Source: Halocafeteria seosinensis (taxonomy: Eukaryota). From it: a DNA stretch of 64,000 nucleotides. The stretch spans positions 186,001 through 250,000 of the forward strand of contig LVLI01000229.1 in NCBI GenBank assembly GCA_001687465.1, in the 5' to 3' direction. A program made the translations under genes and the position numbers. Positions within the stretch are counted from its first letter, which is position 1. Each line of letters starts with the position of its first letter. The notes under the pieces were generated by a model. The model had not been told where the DNA came from. It saw only the letters and a program-made list of their open reading frames with translations, and made no database searches. This document shows, in pieces, positions 52,012-64,000 of the stretch.

Positions 52012-53076
52012 TTAGGATTGACGCTGCTTCTTCGAACTCGTTTGGGCTGGTTCGTCTGTCTGTCGCTTGGATCCGGATGCTTGCGTGTTTTCTTCGCCAT
52101 CGTCTCCGTCCTCTTGTTCATCGTTCTCGTCGTCGTCGCCGTCTCCTTCACCACTTTGCTCGGACATTTGGTTCAAAGAAGACAAAATGTCCTTGAGCTG
52201 CATAGACGATACCGCAATGGGTAAAAGCTAGGTATATGCACCAATACATACGACTCCACGAAACTTACCTCATCCTCTGAAGGCTCTCTACCATGCTGTT
52301 CTTTAAATTGTTCCATGACCTTGTTGAGGATAACCATATGGATCATTTCTTCATCGTTGGCGTCCTCCTCATCGTCGTCGTCTTCCTCCTCATCGTCGTC
52401 GCCTTCCTCCTCATCGTCATCTTCTTCCTCCTCCTCATCATCATCATCGTCTTCGTCATATTCATCTTCTTCCTCGTCCTCTTGATTTTCTTGCAATGGT
52501 TCACCGGATGGACCCACGGGTTGATCCGAGATTTCAAATGGTTCAATATCTTTTTTCAGATACTCCAAGTACTCTTGCTGCCAAGTAAGCAAATCCAACC
52601 CAAGCAACTGTAAAACCAGGAGTTCCACATTTTAATCCCACTTGGACACTTACTTTAGTAAAGTCTTGAGGATTTGCATCAGCATCCATACGGACCATTA
52701 ATAAAGGTCCATACACAACTTGGTTGTGCAGCGGCGGTTGGAGTTTATGAGGGTTTTTCACGGCGTTTTCCCCCGGATTCCGTAGTTTCAAGACGACTGT
52801 GTCGATATCATTGTACTGTCCCAAAATCGTTACACTGCCTCCCATGGCCTCGACTATCTTGTTTTCGGAAGGGGTCATATCCAATTCCAATTGAGATATC
52901 GTGGACTCCTTTTGGCCCTCCTGAGGCTGGATTATGACCGTCTGGACGCGCGGTCCACTCTCATCCATGATTTTTTGGATATCCTCCATATTGAGCATTT
53001 CTCCGAGGCTCTCTTCTTTACTACTGGAAGCTTGTACAGCTTGTGTAGAGGATGAAGCAGCTGCTGAAGAGGACAT
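52012..53076 (-). CDS. Hypothetical protein with globular N-terminal domain and long Asp/Glu tract
   Basis: Three exons joined by GT-AG introns: ...NPHKLQPPLHNQVVYGPLLMVRMDADANPQDFTK | QEYLEYLKK...poly-D/E...GREPSEDE | MQLKDILSSL. Confidence 0.75.
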
Positions 53077-54276
53077 TTTGAAGGCTTTTTCTCACTTTAT
53101 CTCGTTTTTTCACTGTATTCTCTTGCTAGATCCACTCCTACTGGATACCGCGCTTAAATTACAGTCTCCGGCAAATCTTATGAAATTTCCAGAATGAGCA
53201 AAGAACGTGTATGAAGCGAATGCGACCTCATTGAAAATCAGTGACAAATTTGAAAATTTCCTGCATTTGAATTCCAAGCAGCCAGCCCAAAGGCCGAGGC
53301 CGGAGCTCAACTCAACGGATATGTTCAACTCCCTTGGCCTCTATTTCGCTTGTCGGTTCTTACTTAAACTGAAGGTACTGGAAGCGCTCTTGCATCTACG
53401 GCGCGTACAGTGGAAGGTGAAATGGTGGAAAAGTAAAGCTCACAATGGCTACCATACTGTGGTCTTAGTTCCTGCGCAGCTGCTCCCGCTTCCCGGGGAT
53501 ACCAACCGTGTATTAGCGGGTGTATAGGCGAATCGGGTCTCATGCTGGAGCTTTAACAAGTTTAGGTGAACTGCATGCGAATTTATTTAGCCCTGATAAC
53601 CCACGAACACAAGCACTTGAACGCGCATAAGCGGCAGCGCAGAACAAGTCCATGAGCGGGAAAAGAAACTGAAAACACCGCCCTCTGCCATATGAGATAC
53701 AGTGACCTACGCTTACAAGCACGCCGTGATGTATCTCGTACAGGCAGTTTGTATCACACAGAAAATAGTCGAGAGCTTCGTGTCTCCTACAGATAACCTT
53801 CGTGCTGCTAGCTACCTGGTAATCCCTGCATTTACCGGTAGGGACGACACTTGTTGCCGGTTCAATTGCCATTGGTAGAACAACATTACATGGGTCATCT
53901 GACCAACGACAGCTGAGATAGTAACTGAATAAGCACTACACCAGCACCCCGGTGGTGCCACATTATATGTACGGCACCCACCTGAACCTGTTTAATTAAT
54001 ACCATGGATACTGGAGGAAGCCTGAACTGTACCCTCGGAGTTTGAACACTCGCCTCCTCCTCAACAACATGCAGACATATATATCTATCTCACTATCTCT
54101 CTTGACTATCCCGATGAAGATTAAAGCAGTCGTGGAAGGAGACCCATTATCGACAGCCGTTGACGGTCCTCTATAGTCAGCTGAACAGAACAAACATGCA
54201 CATCACATTAGCAGATTCCTTCATTCAGGCCCTGATAGACAACCGTGGCAGGTGGGTCGCGGGGTCTCCTGTAAAA

Positions 54277-54960
54277 TCAAAACATAAAGCAGGTGAATAT
54301 ACCGAACGTACCAGCACCTGGTTTCTTCCAACCAACGTACTTCATACCGGCGCCAGCACCTCTGGCATTGGCTGCATTGGCCAAAGCAATCAGGTTCGCG
54401 TCGGAGCTGGTTGCGTGTGGCGATTCTAGGGCAGGTGCTCCGAATTTCGACTGAAACGAGCCTGAACTGTAATGCTTCACGTCGATTGCTGTTTCTGGTT
54501 CTGTCGAGAGCCTGCCGCTGGAGGCCGACGACGGTTCTCGTGTGAGACTCTCATACTCGTCAGGTTTTTCAACAGGAGGATTGCTCCATTCGTCTCTGTG
54601 CAGAGATTGCTTGTCCATCTCACAGTATTCAGCCATTTCAGTTTTCGCAGGTGTCGAGCGTCCAGCCGGCAGCGTATCTTTCTTGAGCCGGAACTGGCCC
54701 GTGCTCGCCACTACTGCAGAATCAATATTTCGCGTGCTTTTCGGTGGTGGCGGTTCTCCCAGACGAATGGGGGCGGTCAATAAACGGGGTCTTGAAGCTT
54801 TCGGATCGGCATGGAGATTGAGAGACGCTCCCCTTGTTGAAGGTCTTCTCCCAGAAGACTGTCTTGGTTGAACCTGCTGCTTGGCAGCAGGTTCCATGCC
54901 TGTTATTTGTTGCACTTTCGTGAACACTCCTTCCATGGTCTTCACGTATCGAATTGGCAA
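54277..54960 (-). CDS. Hypothetical low-complexity (Ser/Pro-rich) protein; ends uncertain
   Basis: 227-aa ORF with a possible GTACGT donor after GWKKPGA. No recognisable domain. Confidence 0.4.
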   Translation of the reverse strand: MPIRYVKTMEGVFTKVQQITGMEPAAKQQVQPRQSSGRRPSTRGASLNLHADPKASRPRLLTAPIRLGEPPPPKSTRNIDSAVVASTGQFRLKKDTLPAGRSTPAKTEMAEYCEMDKQSLHRDEWSNPPVEKPDEYESLTREPSSASSGRLSTEPETAIDVKHYSSGSFQSKFGAPALESPHATSSDANLIALANAANARGAGAGMKYVGWKKPGAGTFGIFTCFMF

Positions 54961-56524
54961 TTATCATAAAGCTGTGAGCATCCTAGGTGCTCCCTTTCTT
55001 CGGAGAAGGGTTCAAGCTCGACGTCTTCTCCGGTGTGCGAGCTGTCAACAGACACGAAAAAAGAGCGACCTTGAACGAACTTCCAAAGAAACGTTAATGC
55101 ACACGTTCGTGTTTTCGTGTAGACTGCAGGCTCCGACAACGAACACGAAGGGGACCAATGGACTGGCGAACCAAAACCACGTCAGACTTTAAAATGTAGC
55201 TGTCGGCCCTTCTCCCCCTTATTTCCCCCTCTTGTTGCGGAAATGCACACCGCTGCTGCTAGGAACAAGGGCCAGCTAGAGGTTCGCACAGCTCCGCGTC
55301 TGCCCCCCGTGGTACAGGAAACCGCTATACAGAACTACAATCCAAGCAGAGGTACAACCATAGGGTCCTATTTACCCCCTTTGATGGATTAAAATTCGCT
55401 GAACAATTTTCCGGACTAGGTTTTCCGTACTTTGGACCCGGAACCCCCTGCAGCACCACCTAGAAGGAGGGAGGACGGCGAACATAAAAGAAAAGGAAAC
55501 CCCTACAAAAAAAATAAATAAAAAATCAGGCAACAACTTTCGGACTTACACTTGCGGAAAAATGGTATGTGTCAAACCAGCTTCTCAACACGTTCTCATG
55601 TATCTCCTACGGTGCGTCGAGTGAGGTTCCACCGTGGAGCCTTGGAAGCTTGGTCGCAAGGTTCAACCAGCAGCTGGTTTCAGTCACTTCAGCCGACTGA
55701 CTACAAGGATCGGAGTTTCTTGCTTCGCTTCAAGTGAGTGAGAACAGAAAGTGACCACATGCTATTGCCGGACATCGTCCACGTATTTTTGTTCCTGCGT
55801 TACTGGAAGGATTTTGAAGCGGATGTTTGTGTGCCAGAGCATTAGCGTATGCCATGGTATGTACATCAAAATTATACCACCAGCTACTCCGGATTCCCCA
55901 AGAAGTAATCTCCCGTAGAATAATTACAAAACATTGTGTCCTTCTGATCAATTGCTTCATTGGCTAGACGGTCAGCCTCCGTGTCTTGCTCGCGAGGACC
56001 TGCGGCTTTTCGCGTAGTCGTTCCAGCGTCTCCATTATCCTCTGAAGCACCCGCTGTAGGTGGTGTGAATTACAGGCGAATGTCCCCTGAGCCCAGTTGA
56101 TGGCGTTATTGGAGTCCCCATATATAGTAACGCGCATCGTGAAGCTGGCATGGTATGCGTTCGTAAGTGCACCCGGCAGTTGTTTGGATTACCAGTACAA
56201 CCAGTGCGGGACACTTAGACACGCATGTTTAGACGGGGTACAAGGAACTCGTTTCCAACGGGAATAATTTTTAGTTTTTAGCTTCTTCATAACCCAGCCT
56301 GCGAAGGAAGCGGTGCTCGGGTGAGTACCGTATGAAGCCTGTCCGAGGCACCCAGTGGTGTGCAGGCTGTTGCCAACTACAATTATCGCGGCGGATGGAC
56401 AAACGCCTCTGTACAGGTAAAAAACACGTCAAGGACTACAGTACGCGATGTGGTGAGTGTATGGTACATGGTTCCCGGGTTAAAATGAGCTGCCACTTCC
56501 CACTTCCAGCCATCTGGTCGGTGA

Positions 56525-56640
56525 GGCAGGGTGGGGATTCCATCTGGTTTGACGCATGAACACATTCCATGGCTACTTGCGGATGTCTCCACAGGACAGG
56601 AAACCGCCATCAGATCGCTTAACCTTTCGCCACTTCCTAA
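56525..56640 (+). mobile_element. Possible decayed fragment of a non-LTR reverse transcriptase N-terminal motif
   Basis: GIPSGLTHEHIPWLL resembles the GPSGxxxEHL motif of CRE/R2-type RTs. No further RT motifs were recognised. Confidence 0.25.
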
Positions 56641-57035
56641 ACTTTTGGTATTCTGTCTTCCAAGCAATACAGTTCCAGGTACAATAATAATGCGGAATTG
56701 GAACCGAAAGCGCAAATTAAGATGTCCGACTGGTTTGCAATCACACGATTTATTTTTTGCATATCCTCAATTATTTCAATGTGCGCGAATAATGAGCAAT
56801 ACACAATAAGAACTGATACGCATAGCCTGTCTTCTCCATCAATGGCAGTGCATGCTGCAGATGCGTACGGTTTCCAGTCCAGCTGTTTGGATTCCTTTGG
56901 AACTCAAATTAAGTAGACGAAAAGATTGCCTTGTTGAAACTTCAACAAGATCAGCCTATTTTGAACGCACTGTAGACGGTATTATAGGGTGTATAGTTCA
57001 AGTTGGCCTAGTTTATATTGCTCTACAGACACAAA

Positions 57036-60000
57036 ATGAACATGCAGTTGGAGCTTTTTCGCCGGGAGCTGTTCAGCAGCGCTCCCATAAGCAGCCGAAA
57101 GACGCTGCTTCTACTTGGCAAACCCAGCAAGAAGAAGAAGGTGCGTGGAGGCCATTTTCCCATGATTCTAGCGTATCTATGACTATTTGACTTTGCTAGG
57201 ATGTTTGATTCTTGTACCTATTCCAGCATGCGCAGCAACGTGTGGTCGTGGGAGATGACTCCGGTGCAATAACGTGCTTTGAAATCAAAAAAGGAGGCAC
57301 TCCAGAAGTACGTTTATGCTATTTTATGGCCCATAAAGGACCGATTTTAGGTGCATTTCTGCTAAATATGACGAGGATTGTCTCGTTTATCGTACCATCT
57401 GTTGTTTTCTGTGACTTCAGACTGTATTTCGTCTGGAAGCCTCACCCCAAAAGATTTCACGGTTGGCGTTAGGCGGCAATACAGGGGAGAAAGATAAGGT
57501 TAGTCCGATATAAGATGAAATTTGATTGGGATACTGGCAACGATTCTCTTCCAAGGAGCATTCATCGTCATCGGGCTAATGGTTGTCTTCAGATTTTTCT
57601 GTCAACGGGGGAGAAAATCAAAGGAATCTCACGGAAAGGAAAGGAGTTCTTCACATTTGACACTAATTTAACCGAAACTATAAAGGGCCTCTTTGTGGAG
57701 AATACCCACATATGGTCCACAGGCGAATACTCGTACAATGTGTTCGAAAATGCTCAGGAACAGCATGCGTACATGTGTCCTGACAAGATCAACGACATGC
57801 TCTGTGCCACTATCACCAAGGAGAAGAGCTATGATGGTGTGATTGGATGCCAGGATAGGAAGATCAGAGTGCTACAGTCAGATTTTCCAGTAATGGAATG
57901 TGCTGTGGATCAGCCGGTTACCACACTAGCGACATATCAAAGCACAGAAGCTTCAGATGCTCTCTTCCGAAGCGCGCCACACTCACAGGTATTATTATAT
58001 GGGACACAGGGTGGTCAAGTGGGACAACTCTTCGTACGTGGCTCTGTTTGACATATATGCTATCGACATTTTACCCTGTGCCGCTTTGTGCCTTTGAGTG
58101 GCTGCAGGCGGATACTCATCGAATAAGTAGAGGTTGGCAGGACGACAATTTCGGGAGATTTAAATACAGTGGTGTCACAGCATTAGCATCTGTAGATATG
58201 ATGGAAGATGGAATTCCTCAAGTTGTTGTTGGCCGTGAAGATGGAATGATTCAAGTTTACTCCCTCGAGGAAGAAAGGGAGGCCTCGTTATTATATTCGC
58301 GATCCTTGAATGAATCTATTCGTTCGTTAGAGGCAGGCACCGTGTCGAACTCTGCATATAATGAAATAGTCGCATGTACGTATGGTGGCCGTGTCGTCGG
58401 CATTACTTCCGAGGAACTGGACGAACCCGATGAGGATGACTCTTATGGGCGATCGAAGGTAAGGCTCATGTTGCTCTCCTTCTGGCTGTCACTGCTTCGT
58501 GATTGTTTGTGATAGAGTGGTGCGCAGGCTGTGATTCATAAGGAGCATCAGATTATGCATCTACAGCAAGAGGTTGATGAGCTCTCGGATAAAGTAAGTC
58601 GGCAATCAAAGCACCGAACTGTGTAGTTTGACCTAAGCTCCGACACCTGTGACGTTTTTTCAGCTCTCTAAGGAAAAAGCAAAACTGACTAAGGCAGCTG
58701 GAGGTCGCGCCGGCTCCACCAAGGACTCTTCGTCTCTTGGCACTGCTGCTTCTGCCCCAAACGAGAAACAAGATAATTCGGACCATGAAACAATCGCTGG
58801 CATACCGCTTGCCAACGTTAGCCGCAGTGGTCAACTGAGTGGTAAGCACTCTCTGGTTCCTCTTTCTGTCGCTTGATAATTTCATGGGAAGTATTCAATA
58901 AAACAGATGCCGGGGTGATTGAAGCTGGTCTATTGGCCGCCTCACAACCTCTGGAGGTCAGTTCGAGTTATTATCTGGATACCCAGTTGGTCGCATACCG
59001 GCTAACACTTGAGCTTCCGGTACCTATAGAAACAGTACGTGGCAATGGGGTGATTGCATCGTTTATTCCCTGCGTACAAGGTGGGGCTCGCTTTACAGGT
59101 AGCACTACGTTCATCTTTACCTGTCGACTTGGTCGATGTTGATCGAACGGAAGCTGTCGTTTCTAGATCACCCCCTCAACCAGGCAGCGAGCTGCTTGCC
59201 ACTTACAGATGCCAAGGACAGACCAATCGAATGGAGTTGCAATACAGAACTGCGGAAGGACAAGCAGGTGATATCGAAGTCTTTATAGTGGCCTCTGTGA
59301 AACCGAAAACTGCAAAGTCCATCAAAATTCCCGTAAAACCCTTGAATTTGCATCACCTAGTGCACCCCCTCGACACAGGAGAGCATGTTCCGGCAATGAG
59401 CACAGTTCGAATTTCTGGAGATTTCAGTCTTCAACAAGCGCACGACTGGATCTCTTCTATCGCACCCGATGTATCGTCCAGACCAACACTCGTCAGCGTG
59501 GATTCGATGGAAGTGGCAGGGCCAACGATGAAGGAGCAGGGAGTAGGTGGTGAGCAGTGTGCGCGGTTGTGGCTCCGTAATGCGCTTCTGAGCACGCTAA
59601 TGATTATTGCTTACAAACAAGGAGTGATAGTCCTTCAGTCGGAATCCGCCAGTGCCATTTTGATTGCGAAAGAGAGCATTAATAACCGGGCAACACAGCT
59701 GGGTGTGAGAATTGATACGAAAGATTCGTTCAACTCGGACACCGTTCGGTCTGTCTTCGACAAAATTCATCCAATGTTGTCTCATACACTGTCCTTGTCG
59801 CGGAAAATTGAGTTAATGGATGCTCTAAAAGTATGGGGAATTACTTCGTGTACTGCGAAATAATGAACCTTAATTCACTGTAGTGCTTTTTACAGGAACT
59901 CGAGCAATCAGAGGACAATTTGAACTACTTGTCCAACGAATATAAAGAAATATTGGAGAACGGAGAAAAGTAAGGAAACCCACGCTTATGCTACTCCGAA

Positions 60001-60301
60001 AAACCATGCCTCTAATGGTGTGGGTGCGGTACGCCTACAGATACCGAAGACAATTGAAAGATCGACCCCGAAGACTGGAAGTATTGATTGGCGTTTTGAC
60101 GGATTTATTTGTTGACGCAAACAAGCTGAATGGCAGAGATGTAAGCTCCACTGCTCCAACTCATGGCAATACCGACGTACATTATCGTTCGTTTTGTTCT
60201 ACACGAACCAGGTCACAAAAGAAATTGACAACTTACAGCGAATGGTGATCGATAATTATGAATATGAGCAAGTTGTTAAGTTCCTCGAAAGCTTCTTATA
60301 A
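57036..60301 (+). CDS. BBS7: Bardet-Biedl syndrome 7 protein (BBSome subunit)
   Basis: Multi-exon gene with QRVVVGDDSGAITCFEIKKG, IKGISRKGKEFFTFDTNLTE, EIVACTYGGRVVG, LLATYRCQGQTNRMELQYRTAEGQAG and LIGVLTDLFVD. Stop TAA at 60299-60301. Confidence 0.93.
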
Positions 60302-60357
60302 CGTTGCTGGGGCTCAACTCAACCATTCCCACTATTGGTTAAGTGTTGGCACTCATG

Positions 60358-61411
60358 TCACGACGGCTGCTGAAGAAATGTGAGGAACCTATGCGATAGT
60401 TCGCATCCTAAAAACAAAGCCGCATTGGCTGGAAAGGCTCGTAAGACAGCAGGCGACCATCCTCTGTAGAATTTACGAATTCCGCCTTCTTTGTATATTT
60501 CCAACGCGACGTCTCGGGCGGAACTCTCTGTATTGCTGGGGATAAGGTTGCCCGCGGCATCCATTGACAGCCCAGCTTGCATCCTAGACTTCACAATATC
60601 GAACGGAAAGACGATGCTCCATGCTGTCATCCCCGCCAGTCCTCCAGAAAGGAACACTTCTGCGGCTGACAGTTCTGATTGCTCCTTTCGTCCATTCATA
60701 TATTTGAAGGCGGCACAGTATGTTCTGTACGTTCCAAAAAACAATGTATTGAAAGGTACATCTCGCATCAGCAAAGGCGATAACCCGGCAAAAAGCCCCT
60801 TAAATCCTTTATCTTTAAGTATTGACGTCAAACAATGAATAGGTCCAGAGTAGTGTTTCACTCCCTTGGAAGACGAGCGCTGGTACTGCAACTTCACCTT
60901 GATGACTTCTGCGGGACAGATGGAGGTTGCGCTAATGATTCCGCTTAATCCACCAATGAGAGCGTGTTCCAAAAGATGCAATTCTTCTTCCGATCGACCG
61001 TTGGCGAAGAGTCGTCGCAAGGCGCCATTTGATGTGAATACGACCGAGTTTTCAATTAGGGCACTCGATAACGCCGGTGTCGCTCCTGCAAACAAACGAA
61101 AAAGAAATCTAAATCTCACCTGCCCTGTCTTTGCGGTAAAATTCTTCCTTACCCTTCCAGAAACTGCGTAGACCTTCATGTTTGAACATATGCTTAACGC
61201 AATCCACAATTCCACGGTATTGCGAGCCTCTGACACTTCCACCTCGCGCACGGGATCCCGATGTTTCCCGAGTCTCTTCTTGCACAGCACTTTGCGCATG
61301 GCTGTGGGTATCCGTCTGGAGCCTTAACTTGACCGTATCGAAAGGTAAACCTGTATACACCATCCATACGGCGCCAACCATCCCGGAAATGGTATCACGA
61401 ATATCCATCAT
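60358..61411 (-). CDS. Mitochondrial carrier (SLC25), ornithine/carnitine-carrier-like
   Basis: Three Px[DE]xxK motifs (PFDTVKLRLQ, PAEVIKVKLQ, PFDIVKSRMQ), plus RDVPF and RAFPANAA. Exons 61411-61153 and 61085-60358. Confidence 0.9.
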
Positions 61412-64000
61412 GATGCCCCTCCTTCACTCTCTCGCTTGCAGCGCCAGCTATCGCCGTGCCCACACGCACAGACGTTAGCGAGAGATCCCCCCACCCACTC
61501 AAAACGTTTCAGGAAACGACAAACTATCCAGTATAGCCTCGAAACGCCAATTCACCCATCCGCCCTTCCCAGCTTGAAGTTGAAGTTTGAACTTTGACAA
61601 AGTCTTAAACTTCCAATAAAGGAGCTTGGTGGAGTTCCCTAAAGCTTTCGAGCATAACTCCTTTGGTTTCACCCAATTTTTTGTGCCCTACCACGGAGAA
61701 TCTATTGCAAGGATCCTTGACTCTTCGTTTCTAGGTCAAACTTAAGCTTTACAATGAAGTACTTTGGTACTTTGGTTACTGGAACTTCCTCAGTCTGGAA
61801 GCTCTTACTGAAGCTTTGTGAAACTCGTGTTGATCCCCATACGGTAGTCTATAAAAATACCGAAAGCATATTGCAGAAGTCAAATATAAAGCGTACATAA
61901 GTATACAGTAGGTATCAGACGATACGGACTCCAATGCGGGAGTGTTCGTACACATTCTACACTACAATTCGTTTAGCAAATCCAAACCTGTAGCAATTCA
62001 ATAACGAGCTACACGTCCCTGAAGCTTTTGTAATGCTTCTCAAGTCTCGCAGTAACATCCTATCGGGACTCATGAGCCACTGTAACCACGATGTCTTACC
62101 CCGTTGGCAACTCTCTTACCAGGGTGTGTGCTGGGATGCTACTGAGTAAAGTGAAATAAAAAGCAGACATGTCATCGCTAAACCATTTTCGATAACATTC
62201 ATAATCCAATCACCAGAAGAACGCAATTACAGGCTTTTTGTACTCGTCGATCGGATGCACCATACCTCATGATATTGACTGTACAGGAAGTACCATTTTG
62301 GAAATGTCCCCAGAATCTGGAACCAGACCCGCACTACTGTGTCAAAGTTATTCATGTTAATCAGTATCAATTTTGCAGAAGATGACCTCGCACAACTTTC
62401 ACTGAACTACATTCGCCTTATAAATGGACTCGATTTAAATCTTTACACTGTACTTAAAAAGCTACAGCAGTTTGATTTGTATTGCTGCTGTGCATATACA
62501 TCATGGAGATGCTTAAAGCATCATACGCGGGCGTGATGCGTCGTTCAGGCCATTTACAGGTTAGTAACCTGAGGTTACCGGGTGACCCGGACAACGAATA
62601 AGCTGTTTATCGTGACAGTAGCGAGGAAATTATGGTGATCTGTTGATGGGTTTTCAACAACAGTATCATCCACGTGAAATTGTGGCCATCCGAAAAACTG
62701 GGCAAGTTTGTTCTGCTGTTCTTGTTCTTCGGGTCCGTCCTCCGATGCCGACTGCAGTCCACTGGAGCCCATTCGTGTGTACAACCCTTGCCGCAGATGC
62801 ACATTGTGAGTGTAGCATTCGAATAATTCCGACTAAAATTTCCCGTACGCTTCGTATGTTCGTATCGAACTGCATAGAACCACTCTCCCTCTTCATGATT
62901 CTTCGATCACTCTGCACAAACTTTAAGGGCAGGCGCGTGTAGAGTGCTTCAAGGCGTCCTATAATGAACCAACGACACACGTTCCCGTACCGGTAATTGG
63001 CAACATACAAGTACTGAGATGGCGCTCAATAGTACTCTGTACTGCGTTGTACGGCCTCTTTGGCCACTACTACGTTGCATCCTGTAGCTAGAGACGCGGG
63101 AATGCTGAGAGAGTTGGAGGAGCATGTGCCACATAAGAGTGACCGTCTCACTCTAAAAGTGCAGAAGGCCGGCATCCTAAGGCCCGCGGGCAGCCGCGGG
63201 CCTGATTCAAGTTGCAACTTGAAGTGGCGGCACTCCGCATGCGGCGGCCCGCTGGCGGGACTTCTCAGGACATTTCCTAAGGCGGCAGTCGAAGCCCTCA
63301 CCATGTTAACACGCGCAACCGTGGATACTAGAAATAGGTCCCTATTTAAAAAAGCGCATCAGTGCTAGTGTATTCGGATCAAATGAATACAACGGGCCAC
63401 ATTGTCTGTATGCATTCAGGCGTCTCAACAACAAGAAGAACCGCGTGCGCCTTGGACAAGGGACCGAAACGGCTCATGGGCTACCTTGACCAATCTTCTA
63501 ATTGGCCTCATTCTTTCCCCTCGTAGTAGCCCCCTCGTGCTTTTCGTCGTTTTCCCGGGGATAGGTTACTCCGAAGTTTCTATGTGTGTTCTTCCGTACA
63601 TAGAAGCATGATTGTCGGCAGAATTGTCGTGTCTACGGATAGTCCGCCCACCTCCACAAGTAAAAAAAGGAGCCACGAATTACCTTAGTCCTACCCAGAG
63701 CGGAAAAATGCTGAAAACAAGAACGAAGCAAAAGATCCCCTCCAAAACGAAGTACATCTTTCTCTTCGCGTTGGCGGCTCTTTTCTTGCACAGTCTTCCT
63801 GATACGGAGGCCAAAAGATGCGGCTGTGGGAAAGAGGAAAGGACAAAAAAAATTCGGAAATGCCGTAGGGTCTTGTTTTGGCTCCACTGTTGGGACAAAA
63901 AGGTTCCATACTGTCGTCGTTGCAAGGCCGGCGAGTATAGTGGTTGGCGGAGCAACACTTGCAAAAACTGTGGCCCCGGTCGATACTCTTCAAGAAACGG

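Noticed and set aside
52293..52613. Very hydrophobic plus-strand ORF as a membrane protein
   Set aside because: It is the antisense reading of the GAN-rich Asp/Glu tract of the minus-strand gene.
53200..54200. Short ORFs as genes or RT remnants
   Set aside because: No convincing motifs or consistent exon structure.
63026..63368. Possible retroelement endonuclease fragment (ARDAGMLRELEEHVP...RPAG)
   Set aside because: Similarity is too vague to support without a search.
61500..64000. Gene models at the right end of the window
   Set aside because: Only short ORFs with no recognisable product, and no splice model I could support.

Overview
Eukaryotic genomic DNA with short GT-AG introns (mostly ~50-130 nt) and the standard genetic code. 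BBS7 points to a flagellated organism, and cadherins with ~9 TM helices point to a probable stramenopile (inference). The left 28 kb is a minus-strand tandem array of four related surface/secreted-protein genes with the same first exons. Copies A and B are giant receptors: signal peptide, Tyr/Trp-rich tip, Cys-rich CxxCPxG repeats, cadherin repeats, IPT/TIG repeats and ~9 TM helices. Copy C is a pseudogene and copy D is a short secreted form. The most striking observation is that exon 2 of copy A, together with its splice acceptor, lies inverted on the + strand (9586-9903) between 3-bp inverted microhomologies. Flipping it back restores a 301-nt exon, the same length as in copies B and D, with correct phases. 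A short (TG)n-tailed element is inserted twice: in copy C and, between 10-bp direct repeats, in a THADA-like gene. The right part holds a THADA/DUF2428 gene, two ankyrin genes (one built one repeat per exon), a coactosin-like gene, mitochondrial MDH, glutathione reductase, an MKP1-like phosphatase, PSMA5, UBE2K, an acidic protein, BBS7, a mitochondrial carrier and decayed non-LTR retroelement fragments. All calls come from reading the sequence by eye; no database searches were run.
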